Positions 7,669-15,535 of a stretch of DNA of 40,712 nt are shown one piece after another (within the stretch, counting starts at the first letter, position 1; each line of letters starts with the position of its first letter). Below the pieces are notes generated by a model that saw only the letters and a list, made by a program, of their open reading frames with translations, was not told the origin of the DNA and ran no database searches. Origin of the DNA: a virus (taxonomy: Duplodnaviria; Caudoviricetes); IMG/VR virus record IMGVR_UViG_3300013738_000002, positions 1 through 40,712 of that record; one strand, 5' to 3'. The position numbers and the translations under genes were made by a program.

Positions 7669-8373
7669 CTACAGACCCAGACTTGTCCGGGCCATCCTCA
7701 GCACGCCAAGTGCGATCTTCTCGCCGGCCTTGTCGCGCGCCACAATCCGCTCTGCCCACCGCTTGTTGCCGGGCTCTTTCCGAGTTGCGCGCACCTCGCG
7801 CATGGCCGCCTCGACCCGTTCCGGGCTGGCACTGCCTTTCCCTGGCGCCGGCAGCGCGGGGCGATCGCGCTCCGGTACCTTCGGGATCTGGTCCTGTGCC
7901 AGCACAGTGTCGAGCGCCGCGCTGAAGCGCTTGAGCAGTGCGGCGTGCGACAGGTTCAGCATCTCGAACTCGCCCACCATCAGGGCTGCCCAGTAGATCG
8001 CCGGGTTGCTCCACTCGTCTTTGCCCTCAGCGCGCAGGCGCAGCTGCTGGGTGGCTTCGTACAGGGCTGCGTCCACGTTGATGCCCGGCCGGCAGAGCGC
8101 CACGAACTCGGGCAACGTGGGCGGGTATGGGCGGCCCATGAGCGCGTCACTGCCGCGGCGCAGCTCGTCACGCGACAGGGTCGCCAGCTTCTTCCCCCAG
8201 AGACGGCGCACCGCTGCGAGGTCCGTGCCGCGCCACAGGTCGGCGAACTTCGAGCCGTACGTGCCGGACATGAGCGCGAACAGGCTGTCCACCCATGACT
8301 CAGGGACGGCGTCTGTCGGCCAGTCAGCCGACGACGCGGGCTTCAACGTCGAACGTTTCTGCGGTGCATTCAT
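7669..8373 (-). CDS. Replication protein P-like (helicase loader)
   Basis: WVDSLF..MSGTYGSKFADLW...PYPPTLPEFVALCRP...WSNPAIYWAA; follows the initiator. Confidence 0.75.
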   Translation of the reverse strand: MNAPQKRSTLKPASSADWPTDAVPESWVDSLFALMSGTYGSKFADLWRGTDLAAVRRLWGKKLATLSRDELRRGSDALMGRPYPPTLPEFVALCRPGINVDAALYEATQQLRLRAEGKDEWSNPAIYWAALMVGEFEMLNLSHAALLKRFSAALDTVLAQDQIPKVPERDRPALPAPGKGSASPERVEAAMREVRATRKEPGNKRWAERIVARDKAGEKIALGVLRMARTSLGL

Positions 8374-9268
8374 GGCTCGGTTTTCTCCCGGTCAGGGTGG
8401 CGTGGACATCGGCGCGCTCTTGCGCTCGCGTGTCGGTGGTGGTGGGCGCCTGCGACGCGATCACGCGATCGACGTAGGCAGGCAGGAAGGCAATCGGCTC
8501 CTTGGCCTCCTTGATCGCGTGGGCGACGGCAGCGTCGACGTGCTCGAGCGTCAGCCCCGCGTTGACCCACCCCGCAAAGATCGGCCAGGCCTTCTTGCGG
8601 TCGTGGATGCTGCAGACGTCGATCTCGACGCCGTGGCGCTCGCGGAAGTGCGATGCCCAATGCGCTTCAGCGGTCGGAGGGTTGGGAATCGTCGGCCCCG
8701 CCTTCGCGCGCGAACCACTGACGATTGATTCACCACTATCCTTTCCCTTCCTTTCCCTTCCCTTCCCTTCCGTCAGTGAGCCCTCCGTGATAGCTCCGTG
8801 ATGGCTCAGTGAGTCCTCAGTGAGTACTCCGTGAGTGGTCACTGAATCATGGCCTTCCTGACCAGCCCCATTCACTGAGCCGGATTGGATTTCACCAGCC
8901 TCATTCAGTGAATTGGAGGCTTCGGAAGGCTTGCTTTCAGTGAGTACGGGCGGCAGCGGGATGGCGGATTTGGACTTGCGATTGATGACCTGGTGCCTCT
9001 CGAAGCCCACGATGTGCAGGTAGGAATCGTCATTCACTGAGTACTCAGTGAGCAGACCGAGGGCCAGTAGCCGCTGGATGATGGGCTCGCAATCGACGGA
9101 GTCGGCCGGAAAGATCTGCATTTTCAGCTTGCGAGCCGAGCGCTGCAGGTTGCCGTTGTCGTCGGCAAAGTTCCAGGTGCCAATGAAGAATAGGCGTGCC
9201 TCAAAGAGCAGTTCGACGATCTTCTCGTCTGTCCAGAAATCCGGCTTGATGGTGCGAATGCGGGCCAT
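8324..9268 (-). CDS. Phage replication initiator (O-like)
   Basis: MARIRTIKPDFWTDEK...NFADDNG...FERHQVINR; internal iterons. Confidence 0.88.
   Translation of the reverse strand: MARIRTIKPDFWTDEKIVELLFEARLFFIGTWNFADDNGNLQRSARKLKMQIFPADSVDCEPIIQRLLALGLLTEYSVNDDSYLHIVGFERHQVINRKSKSAIPLPPVLTESKPSEASNSLNEAGEIQSGSVNGAGQEGHDSVTTHGVLTEDSLSHHGAITEGSLTEGKGRERKGKDSGESIVSGSRAKAGPTIPNPPTAEAHWASHFRERHGVEIDVCSIHDRKKAWPIFAGWVNAGLTLEHVDAAVAHAIKEAKEPIAFLPAYVDRVIASQAPTTTDTRAQERADVHATLTGRKPSHECTAETFDVEARVVG
8740..9051. repeat. Replication origin iterons
   Basis: TC(A/C)(G/C)TGA cores at 8773, 8784, 8795, 8806, 8817, 8828, 8839 (11-bp period), plus 8872, 8905, 8937 and palindrome TCACTGAGTACTCAGTGA at 9034-9051; pyrimidine/purine-asymmetric tract at 8740-8770. 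Confidence 0.8.
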
Positions 9269-9279
9269 GGTTAAAACCT

Positions 9280-9474
9280 TCAGCGACGACGCCGGCTCTC
9301 ACGTGAGAGCACAGGGTTCGCGGGGTTGTATTGCTCGTCCTTGTAGCCCGCGAGCCATTCAAGGTGCGAATCAGAGCCGGGCATGTGCGGGTTCTCGTCG
9401 TCCGGCCTGCCGCGGCGGAAGGCCTCGGCGCCGGCCGCGCGCACCTGCGCCCGGGGTGTAAGTTCGTGAATCAC
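9280..9474 (-). CDS. Small Rmf/CrpP-like-fold hypothetical protein
   Basis: GAEAFRRG...NPH...WLAGY; GGAGA RBS before GTG 9474. Confidence 0.65.
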   Translation of the reverse strand: MIHELTPRAQVRAAGAEAFRRGRPDDENPHMPGSDSHLEWLAGYKDEQYNPANPVLSRESRRRR

Positions 9475-9583
9475 TGTCTCTCCAGAGTTGTTCTGGGGCA
9501 TTGAAGGCAAAAAGCGGGCAATAATCAGGGGCGACTTTGGGGTCAATTCACACCCCTTTCACACCCCAATTCACGCCCTTTTC

Positions 9584-9829
9584 TCACCCCTTTCTCGCCA
9601 CGACGCCGATTCGCTTGGCGTATATGCTCTTCATGAAGTCCTCGCCATGAGCGCTGACCATCAGCAGCTCGCGCACGAACTCGGAGAGCGACATGCCCAC
9701 CTCTGTAGCCCTGGCTTCCAATGTCTCGCGCGTTTCCCATGGCACCTTCACCTTGGGAATCTCGGCCGCCATCTTTCCGAAGAGGTTGCTACGTCCGCTG
9801 CGCGCCATGGCGTCGTCCCGGTCTGTCAT
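9584..9829 (-). CDS. Ribbon-helix-helix regulator at the cII position
   Basis: PKVKVPWETRETLEARATEVGMSLSEFVRELL. Confidence 0.75.
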   Translation of the reverse strand: MTDRDDAMARSGRSNLFGKMAAEIPKVKVPWETRETLEARATEVGMSLSEFVRELLMVSAHGEDFMKSIYAKRIGVVARKG

Positions 9830-9959
9830 CCCGAAGTCCCCGTTGGTAACCCAAACCCGTTGCCCGCTTGTCTGTCTCGCGAGCTCTCTTCAATGCAATG
9901 GGAGGCGCCGTGTCGGCGCTCTTCCCGGCGGCCGCTAATGCGCGCGGCTGTTGTAGTCG

Positions 9960-10166
9960 TTATGCGGGCGCAGTGGCCTGGTCTTCGATCGCCGGCGCGG
10001 TCGAGCCCTTGAAAAGATCGGGGCGCACAACCTTGAGATACATGAGCCGTGCTGGCGGAATCCCGGTGTGGCGCCACTCGGAGACCGAACCCGGCTTGAT
10101 GTTGAAGAGCTGCGCCACTGCGCTGGTGCCGCCGAGTTCGTCGATGATCGCGTTCGGGTCGTGCAT
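9960..10166 (-). CDS. cro: Cro-like repressor
   Basis: IIDELGGTSAVAQLFNIKPGSVSEWRHTGIPPAR; divergent from cI. Confidence 0.88.
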   Translation of the reverse strand: MHDPNAIIDELGGTSAVAQLFNIKPGSVSEWRHTGIPPARLMYLKVVRPDLFKGSTAPAIEDQATAPA

Positions 10167-10195
10167 GTCGGTCTCAGTAGATGAATCGCACTTTC

Positions 10196-10225
10196 ATCTT
10201 AGGCATTCCTTCATTTCAAAGTCAA
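10196..10225 (-). promoter_or_regulatory. pR-like early promoter
   Basis: TTGACT-N18-TAAGAT upstream of cro. Confidence 0.75.
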
Positions 10226-10261
10226 GGAATTCCTTAGTCTCGTTCGTTTAGGATTACCGAA
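10199..10261. promoter_or_regulatory. Three OR-like operators and the pRM -10 box
   Basis: TTAGGCATTCCTTC (10199), CAAGGAATTCCTTA (10223), TTAGGATTACCGAA (10248); consensus TTAGG-N4-CCTAA; TAGGAT at 10249-10254 lies 6 nt before the cI ATG. Confidence 0.75.
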
Positions 10262-10752
10262 TGACCGATTTCGCTGAACGACTGAAACAGGCAATGGCCG
10301 GGCCACCGGAGGTGAAGCCGGCCGACCTTGCGCGCGCCTGCGGCATCAAGCAGCCGTCCGTGAGCGATTGGCTGAGCCGCCGCACGAAGCAAATCAACGG
10401 CGCCAACCTCCTGGCGGCGGCCGAACTGCTGAACGTGAATCCGTGGTGGCTGGCAACTGGCGCCGGCCCGATGCGCTCCGCCATCCCACAGCGCGAGCTG
10501 AACGAGATCGTCTCCCTGCTCCAGTCGATGGACGAAGACGTTCGCCGAACCGCGATTGCGCAAATTAAAGCGCTCGCAGATCTGAATTCAGAAAGGCTTA
10601 ATTCAGCACCCGCAGAAAAGGTCGGGAACCGTGATACTGTCTCTACCAGCACTTACAGCAACAATGTCTCCGAACAAAGACAAATGCTGAAGAGCGCGCT
10701 CAGGGGTGGGGTCAGCCGTGCCGACAAACGTAACAAGTCTGGTGGTGGATAG
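10261..10752 (+). CDS. cI: CI-like XRE repressor (no S24 peptidase domain)
   Basis: FAERLKQAM...PADLARACGIKQPSVSDWL...LNVNPWWLATGAG. Confidence 0.88.
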   Translation: MTDFAERLKQAMAGPPEVKPADLARACGIKQPSVSDWLSRRTKQINGANLLAAAELLNVNPWWLATGAGPMRSAIPQRELNEIVSLLQSMDEDVRRTAIAQIKALADLNSERLNSAPAEKVGNRDTVSTSTYSNNVSEQRQMLKSALRGGVSRADKRNKSGGG

Positions 10753-10954
10753 GGAAGCCATTGAGATAGCTCAGGAGCTTCTTCAGCGTGCTATTGCCGG
10801 CGAATTCTGTGGCCTGGCCCTTGTTGCTCGCACCGTGCGGCGGGATTACGAGATAGTGCTAACGGGCGCGTTCAAGACAAACCCCTTGGAAGCTGCAGGA
10901 GCGTCGGGGCTCCTCCGGACGGTTGCCGAGCAACGCGCAATCGAGAACATGTGA
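10718..10954 (+). CDS. Hypothetical protein (78 aa) overlapping the cI 3' end
   Basis: MPTNVTSL...ELLQRAIAGEFCGLALV...GAFKTNPLEAAGA; G-rich RBS. Confidence 0.7.
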   Translation: MPTNVTSLVVDREAIEIAQELLQRAIAGEFCGLALVARTVRRDYEIVLTGAFKTNPLEAAGASGLLRTVAEQRAIENM

Positions 10955-11007
10955 TGCCAGCGGGGCAGCACCCGTTGTGCCGTCACCATACCCCGCACGA
11001 GGGGTAC

Positions 11008-11811
11008 TCAACTGCGGACGTCAAATATTGAGGTCGCAACAGTAACGAATAGCCCCACAAGAATGAGGACGAGGAGCACCCTCACGGCGAGCCAGCTCAC
11101 CCAGCTTTCGTCCTTCTGCGGGGGCGGCTGGGGTTGCCACGGGGGCGTTGACCATCGAATCTCCCCAGCATCCGACAGCGGTGGTGTCGGCTCCCATGGG
11201 GATGCTGACCACCTAATCTTCTCGGCATCTGACGGCGGCGGGGGCGGCTCCGCTGGGGTGGCCTCGGCGTATGGGAAATGATTGTTCTGGGCCAGCATCG
11301 CGCCCATGTATGTCCTTGATCTGTCTGTCTTGCCGGTGCGTTGGAATAGCGCGGCTGACAACGCCAAGCAATCGTCCAGTGCATTGTGCGGGCTTGGCCG
11401 GGCGATCCCGAATTGCTCGCAGATCGTATCCAGCTTCTGGTTTGAGGTAGGCCATGCCAGCTGACGGACCGAACATAGCCAGGGCCTGCGATCGGCCAAG
11501 CCCACGGCTCGGAGCATCCTGGCATCGAACTCGGCATAGTGAGCGACTAGGACATCGGCGGCACCGAGAATCTCGCGGATGATCCCCGTCTCGAACTGCT
11601 TACCTCGCAGCTGATCCATAGTCAAACCATGAACGCGCGCAGCGCCGGGATTGATAGGAACGGTTGGCTCCCGCAGGCCATAGTATCGGGTGACTTCTCG
11701 CACCAGGTCACCCTTAGGCGGGATGACCTCGAGCAGGAGCAACCCAATGCTGATGGGTTGATCTGACGGGCCGAGGCCCGTCGTTTCCGTGTCTACGATC
11801 GCGACAAGCAT
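11008..11811 (-). CDS. DEDDh (DnaQ-like) 3'-5' exonuclease with Pro-rich linker and C-terminal transmembrane helix
   Basis: ExoI VDTETTG, ExoII AHYAEFD, ExoIII HNALDD; C-terminus WLAVRVLLVLILVGLFVTVATSIF. Confidence 0.9.
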   Translation of the reverse strand: MLVAIVDTETTGLGPSDQPISIGLLLLEVIPPKGDLVREVTRYYGLREPTVPINPGAARVHGLTMDQLRGKQFETGIIREILGAADVLVAHYAEFDARMLRAVGLADRRPWLCSVRQLAWPTSNQKLDTICEQFGIARPSPHNALDDCLALSAALFQRTGKTDRSRTYMGAMLAQNNHFPYAEATPAEPPPPPSDAEKIRWSASPWEPTPPLSDAGEIRWSTPPWQPQPPPQKDESWVSWLAVRVLLVLILVGLFVTVATSIFDVRS

Positions 11812-11829
11812 CGAGGCCTACCCGAATTC

Positions 11830-12378
11830 CTAATGGCTTGAGTGGCACGCCGTGCCGGCGCAAGCGTATTCCCGCGTCATCCCGCCCATGCAGTTCACGC
11901 GGTAGGTGTCGCCGGCCTGACCAGTGCCCGTCATTACCGCACGCCCCACCGGCATGCACATGTCCCGGCTGGCCAGCGCCTCCACCGTGCTCGAGTACTG
12001 GCCGGGTCGGGGCGTGACGGCAGCCTGGGCAGGCGCCGGCGCGGCCGCCGTCGGCTGGGTCATGCACCCGCGCTGGGCGCTCAGGGAGTTCAGCGCCGAC
12101 ATACGCGTCGCCGCACTCTCGACCGCGGCGCTTTGCTCCATGGTGTTCCCAATGCCGAAGTCGCCCAGGAATGACAGGACTGATCGCCCGTCAAACTGGC
12201 TTTCCTTGTCTACCTGCTGCAGGAAGCCGCTCACCTTGGCTTGCTCGAGCGAGATTTCCCGACAGGTCATGGTCTGCCTCTCGAAGTCCGTCACTGCTCC
12301 CATCCGCCCATAGTTCTTCGTCGCGCAGCCCTGGACCGCCAGCAGGCAAAGCCCAACCACCAGAATTGACCGTTTCAT
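11830..12378 (-). CDS. Predicted lipoprotein (182 aa)
   Basis: GGAGG RBS; MKRSILVVGLCLLAVQG-C lipobox, +2 Ala; C-terminal 4-Cys domain after an Ala/Pro linker. Confidence 0.85.
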   Translation of the reverse strand: MKRSILVVGLCLLAVQGCATKNYGRMGAVTDFERQTMTCREISLEQAKVSGFLQQVDKESQFDGRSVLSFLGDFGIGNTMEQSAAVESAATRMSALNSLSAQRGCMTQPTAAAPAPAQAAVTPRPGQYSSTVEALASRDMCMPVGRAVMTGTGQAGDTYRVNCMGGMTREYACAGTACHSSH

Positions 12379-12487
12379 GAGGACCTCCCGTCTCTTGTTG
12401 CCCTGCAAGAGTAGCCCCGTGCGCGGTCCGCGCCATATCCACCGAAAGTATGTTTCAGCGGCGCATCGCGCATGCAGCCACAAAAAT

Positions 12488-12529
12488 TTAGGAATTCCTA
12501 TTGCATTTTGACTTAGGCACTCCTAAGAT
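12488..12529 (+). promoter_or_regulatory. pL-like promoter with two OL-like operators
   Basis: TTGCAT-N17-TAAGAT (12501-12529); operators TTAGGAATTCCTAT (12488) and TTAGGCACTCCTAA (12513). Confidence 0.8.
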
Positions 12530-12565
12530 GAACTCGAACAGCGCACCACATAGAAGGAGTTCAGC

Positions 12566-12697
12566 ATGCGACCCAGCACCCTATTCCTAAGCTGCATCAC
12601 CGCGATCCTCGTGGTCGGCGCGGTCGCCCTGGTGGTCCTGCCGACCATGGCGGAACTGCAGCGCGTCCTGACCGCCGCCCTTTCCGTTGCTCACTAA
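12566..12697 (+). CDS. 43-aa membrane peptide, first gene of the pL operon
   Basis: AAGGAG RBS; MRPSTLFLSCITAILVVGAVALVVLPTMAELQRVLTAALSVAH. Confidence 0.7.
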   Translation: MRPSTLFLSCITAILVVGAVALVVLPTMAELQRVLTAALSVAH

Positions 12698-12707
12698 GGA
12701 GCCGGCC

Positions 12708-12845
12708 ATGGCCACCCCTGCCTACTCCGTCGTCTACACGATGCTCGGCTGCCGCTGCGTCACGCGCTTCGACAAGCTGACCGACGCCCTCACCTTCGCC
12801 GTGCGCGCCGAGCTCGACGGCTGCACCGACATTTCCGTGCACTGA
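12708..12845 (+). CDS. 45-aa hypothetical protein
   Basis: AAGGAG RBS; MATPAYSVVYTMLGCRCVTRFDKLTDALTFAVRAELDGCTDISVH. Confidence 0.65.
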   Translation: MATPAYSVVYTMLGCRCVTRFDKLTDALTFAVRAELDGCTDISVH

Positions 12846-12855
12846 GGTCCCCGCC

Positions 12856-13221
12856 ATGAACCACCAACAAGCCAGAGAGGCCATCGCCGGTCAGCTCGCC
12901 ATGGGTGAGGTCGAGTCCTTCTGCGCCAGCACTGATGCCATCGGCCACCTGGGCAAGCTTTTCAAAGTGCGGAATACCAAGCGCTACGCCGGCGAGTCCG
13001 ATGCAGCGTATGCGCATCGGATCGGCGTGATTCTGACGGACATGCTCGATGCCATCGGCGCCGTGCTGGTGAGCGCAAACGTGAAGCACGTCCTGGCCGA
13101 TGCAGCAGACCTGGTGCCCGACCGGCCGGTGATCTGCCGCACCCGTGAGGCCTCCCTCCTGGCGATCAGCCGGCAAGTGAAGCGCGATCGCGACCTGGCG
13201 CTGGCGCGCGGCGTGGCCTGA
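12856..13221 (+). CDS. Hypothetical protein
   Basis: GAGGT RBS; 121 aa in operon. Confidence 0.7.
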   Translation: MNHQQAREAIAGQLAMGEVESFCASTDAIGHLGKLFKVRNTKRYAGESDAAYAHRIGVILTDMLDAIGAVLVSANVKHVLADAADLVPDRPVICRTREASLLAISRQVKRDRDLALARGVA

Positions 13222-13231
13222 GGAGACGGCC

Positions 13232-13699
13232 ATGCATTTGTTCTTCTTCTCCAGGTTCATTCCCAGCGTGGATGCCGGGGTCGTCATAGACGATTTCGGC
13301 GACGAGCACCGCCTGATCACTGGCGGCGGGTTCGGCCTGGACTCCGCTTATTGGGCTGCCATTAAGTTCAAGTGGGACGCCGAATGGGATCCCGATTTTT
13401 GGCACGTCCTGGCATGCGAGCCTCTCCCGTTCCGCATTCGGGAAGACATCAAGCTCACGGGCCCTTTTGGCATTGAGCTGGATGCCACGTTAGGCGTGGA
13501 CTTCACGCACGTCCCTGCGTGGGATTGGGACCGCGCTGTTCCCCTGCATGACGCGGCAGACGGAGCTCGCATCGATATCGAGCGCGCATACCTCGAAGTC
13601 GACGGCGGCTCCTGGGATGAGCGGGTCTCGGTCGACCCCGCGAGCATCTCGGCCATCTGCTGGGCCCACGTTGCCAAAGAGCGGGAGCAGCTCAAATGA
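13232..13699 (+). CDS. Acidic Trp-rich hypothetical protein
   Basis: GAGGAG RBS; 155 aa. Confidence 0.75.
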   Translation: MHLFFFSRFIPSVDAGVVIDDFGDEHRLITGGGFGLDSAYWAAIKFKWDAEWDPDFWHVLACEPLPFRIREDIKLTGPFGIELDATLGVDFTHVPAWDWDRAVPLHDAADGARIDIERAYLEVDGGSWDERVSVDPASISAICWAHVAKEREQLK

Positions 13700-13851
13700 G
13701 CCCGGACCGGAAGAAATGGGTGCGCGGCTGGTGGATCGGCTTCGCCCTAGCCATTGTCTGGTGCGCCGTAGTGATGCTCGCGACCGCCATGGATGACGCC
13801 GAGAGCGAGGCCTCCGGCCCTGCCCAGGTCTATTTCGGGAGGTCGGCATGA
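13696..13851 (+). CDS. 51-aa single-TM protein
   Basis: MSPDRKKWVRGWWIGFALAIVWCAVVMLATAM...; ATGA-coupled on both sides. Confidence 0.65.
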   Translation: MSPDRKKWVRGWWIGFALAIVWCAVVMLATAMDDAESEASGPAQVYFGRSA

Positions 13852-14081
13852 GCCTCCCCGATCGCCTCGCCCGCACGCTGGCCAATAACCGTACAGCCGC
13901 TAAGCGTGCACGCCTGACTGTCTCGAAGCTGCCGGAGGGATTGCCGTCGCCGCTCGAGATGGTCAAGGCCATCGACGCCGTGCTCGATCACGGCAACTTC
14001 TACACGCAGGCTGCGCAAGACGCTGTCGCAGGGCTGATTGTCGCCCGTGACCGCTTCGCAGCCGCCATCGGTAAGACCTGA
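13848..14081 (+). CDS. Hypothetical protein
   Basis: GGAGG RBS; 77 aa. Confidence 0.7.
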   Translation: MSLPDRLARTLANNRTAAKRARLTVSKLPEGLPSPLEMVKAIDAVLDHGNFYTQAAQDAVAGLIVARDRFAAAIGKT

Positions 14082-14135
14082 GTTTGCGCTACGCCATCCA
14101 GCGCACTCGAGGATGGCACCAATAGGGAGGATTCC

Positions 14136-14480
14136 GTGTCCGCCAGACCCATCACCGACACCCTGCGCCATATCGGCGGCGGTGTCTTTATCGACCTCGC
14201 CAGCGACAAGATGAGTGAACTCGTCGCTGCCGTGGATGCCTCCGGCAAGGGCGGCAAGCTGACGCTCGAAGTGAGCGTGAAGAAGGCCACCCGCGGCGGC
14301 ACCATGCACATCACCGGCAAGGTCACGCTCAAGAAGCCGGCGGAAGACGCGCTCGAAGCGATGCTCTTCGCCACCCCAGAGGGCAACTTGGTGGCGGACG
14401 ACCCCCGCCAGCAGAAGCTGGATCTTAAGAGCGTCGCCGCCGCGGATGATGCGGCGCCCGCCAACCTGAAAACGGCTTAA
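14136..14480 (+). CDS. YfdP-like conserved phage protein (usual partner of DUF2303)
   Basis: L..I.GG...LV.AV...GK.GKLTL...F.T.EGNL...DPRQ..L. Confidence 0.75.
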   Translation: MSARPITDTLRHIGGGVFIDLASDKMSELVAAVDASGKGGKLTLEVSVKKATRGGTMHITGKVTLKKPAEDALEAMLFATPEGNLVADDPRQQKLDLKSVAAADDAAPANLKTA

Positions 14481-14516
14481 CTAGGCCGCCCACCCACACC
14501 AAGGACCAATCAGCCC

Positions 14517-15368
14517 ATGGAACAGAACACGAATCTGGCCGAAACCCTGGCCAAGGAAATGAAGTCGCCCGTCGAGATTCTGACAGGCTCGCCCGGCAGC
14601 ATCCGCCGCGTTGCACTGCCGCCCGACTGGGAACTGAAGGAGTGCGACGACGAGAGTCGCCTGCCCGCGCCGCTGCGCAAGCGCGCCAAGGTTCGCCTGC
14701 TCGATGCCGACAGCTTCATCGACTATGTGAAGCGCCATGGCTCGCTGGTTGACAGCACCATCTGGGGAAAGGCCGATTACCAGGCCGGCAAGGTCGAGTT
14801 CGTCAGCATCATCAACGACCATGGCGAAGATGACACCAAGCCGCAGTGGCGTGACCATACCGCGCGCTTCAGTCCCGAATTCAGCGAGGAATGGCGCCGC
14901 TGGTTCGGCGGGAACCGCAAGCCCGTGAGCCAGGCCGAGTTCGCCGCGTTCATCGAGGAGAACCTCAAGGACATCGCCAGCCCCGACGGCGCAGGCCTGC
15001 CCACCGGCGCGCAAATGCTGGAGATGGCGCTCGCCTTCGAGGCCAGCCAGGACATGCGTTTCAAGAGCTCCATCCGTCTTTCGAACGGCGGCGTGCAAAT
15101 GTCCTTCACACAGGACGATGACGACCAGACCCTGCAGAAGATGCAGTTGTTTGAACGCTTCGCGATCGGCATCCCGGTGTTCTGGAATGGCGACGCCTAC
15201 CGCGTCGATGCGCGCCTGCGCTACCGCGTTCGCGAGGGCAAGCTGACGTTTTGGTACGAGCTCATCCGCCAGGACAAGACGCTTGAAGCGGCCACCACCA
15301 CGCTGATCACCAAGATCCGCGAGCAGACCGGCACGCCCTTCTTCTTCGGTGACCCCTTCGTTCAATAA
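14517..15368 (+). CDS. DUF2303 (YfdQ) family protein
   Basis: DADSFIDYVKRH...W.DH.A...SQAEFAAFIEEN...F.I.IPVF.NG...ARLRYR. Confidence 0.85.
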   Translation: MEQNTNLAETLAKEMKSPVEILTGSPGSIRRVALPPDWELKECDDESRLPAPLRKRAKVRLLDADSFIDYVKRHGSLVDSTIWGKADYQAGKVEFVSIINDHGEDDTKPQWRDHTARFSPEFSEEWRRWFGGNRKPVSQAEFAAFIEENLKDIASPDGAGLPTGAQMLEMALAFEASQDMRFKSSIRLSNGGVQMSFTQDDDDQTLQKMQLFERFAIGIPVFWNGDAYRVDARLRYRVREGKLTFWYELIRQDKTLEAATTTLITKIREQTGTPFFFGDPFVQ

Positions 15369-15418
15369 ACCTCGCGCGCCCGCAGCACGCGGGCGCAGCG
15401 TCAGATTGAGGCCAATGA

Positions 15419-15535
15419 ATGACCTGGCAAGCCGCCGCCTGCTTCCTGGCAGCGTCCATGACTCTGATGGCACTGGGCGCCTACGCCAACTACCGATTCA
15501 TCAAGCGGATTGCAGAGAGGGAGGACTCGCAATGA
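15419..15535 (+). CDS. 38-aa single-TM peptide
   Basis: MTWQAAACFLAASMTLMALGAYANYRFIKRIAEREDSQ; ATGA-coupled to the next gene. Confidence 0.5.
   Translation: MTWQAAACFLAASMTLMALGAYANYRFIKRIAEREDSQ

Noticed and set aside
8773-8846. CRISPR array or DGR repeat
   Set aside because: 11-bp units with no spacers, inside the initiator gene; no cas or reverse transcriptase gene in the genome
11008-11811. DNA polymerase III epsilon (dnaQ) replication gene
   Set aside because: It has a TM anchor instead of the alpha-binding tail and sits in the immunity region, not the replication module
11820-11833. Possible CI operator between the lipoprotein and exonuclease genes (TTAGGAATTCGGGT on the minus strand)
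   Set aside because: Only one half-site matches and it includes the TAG stop codon; likely chance
11830-12378. Lipoprotein as a unimolecular spanin
   Set aside because: No C-terminal TM helix, and it is far from the lysis cassette and outside the late operon
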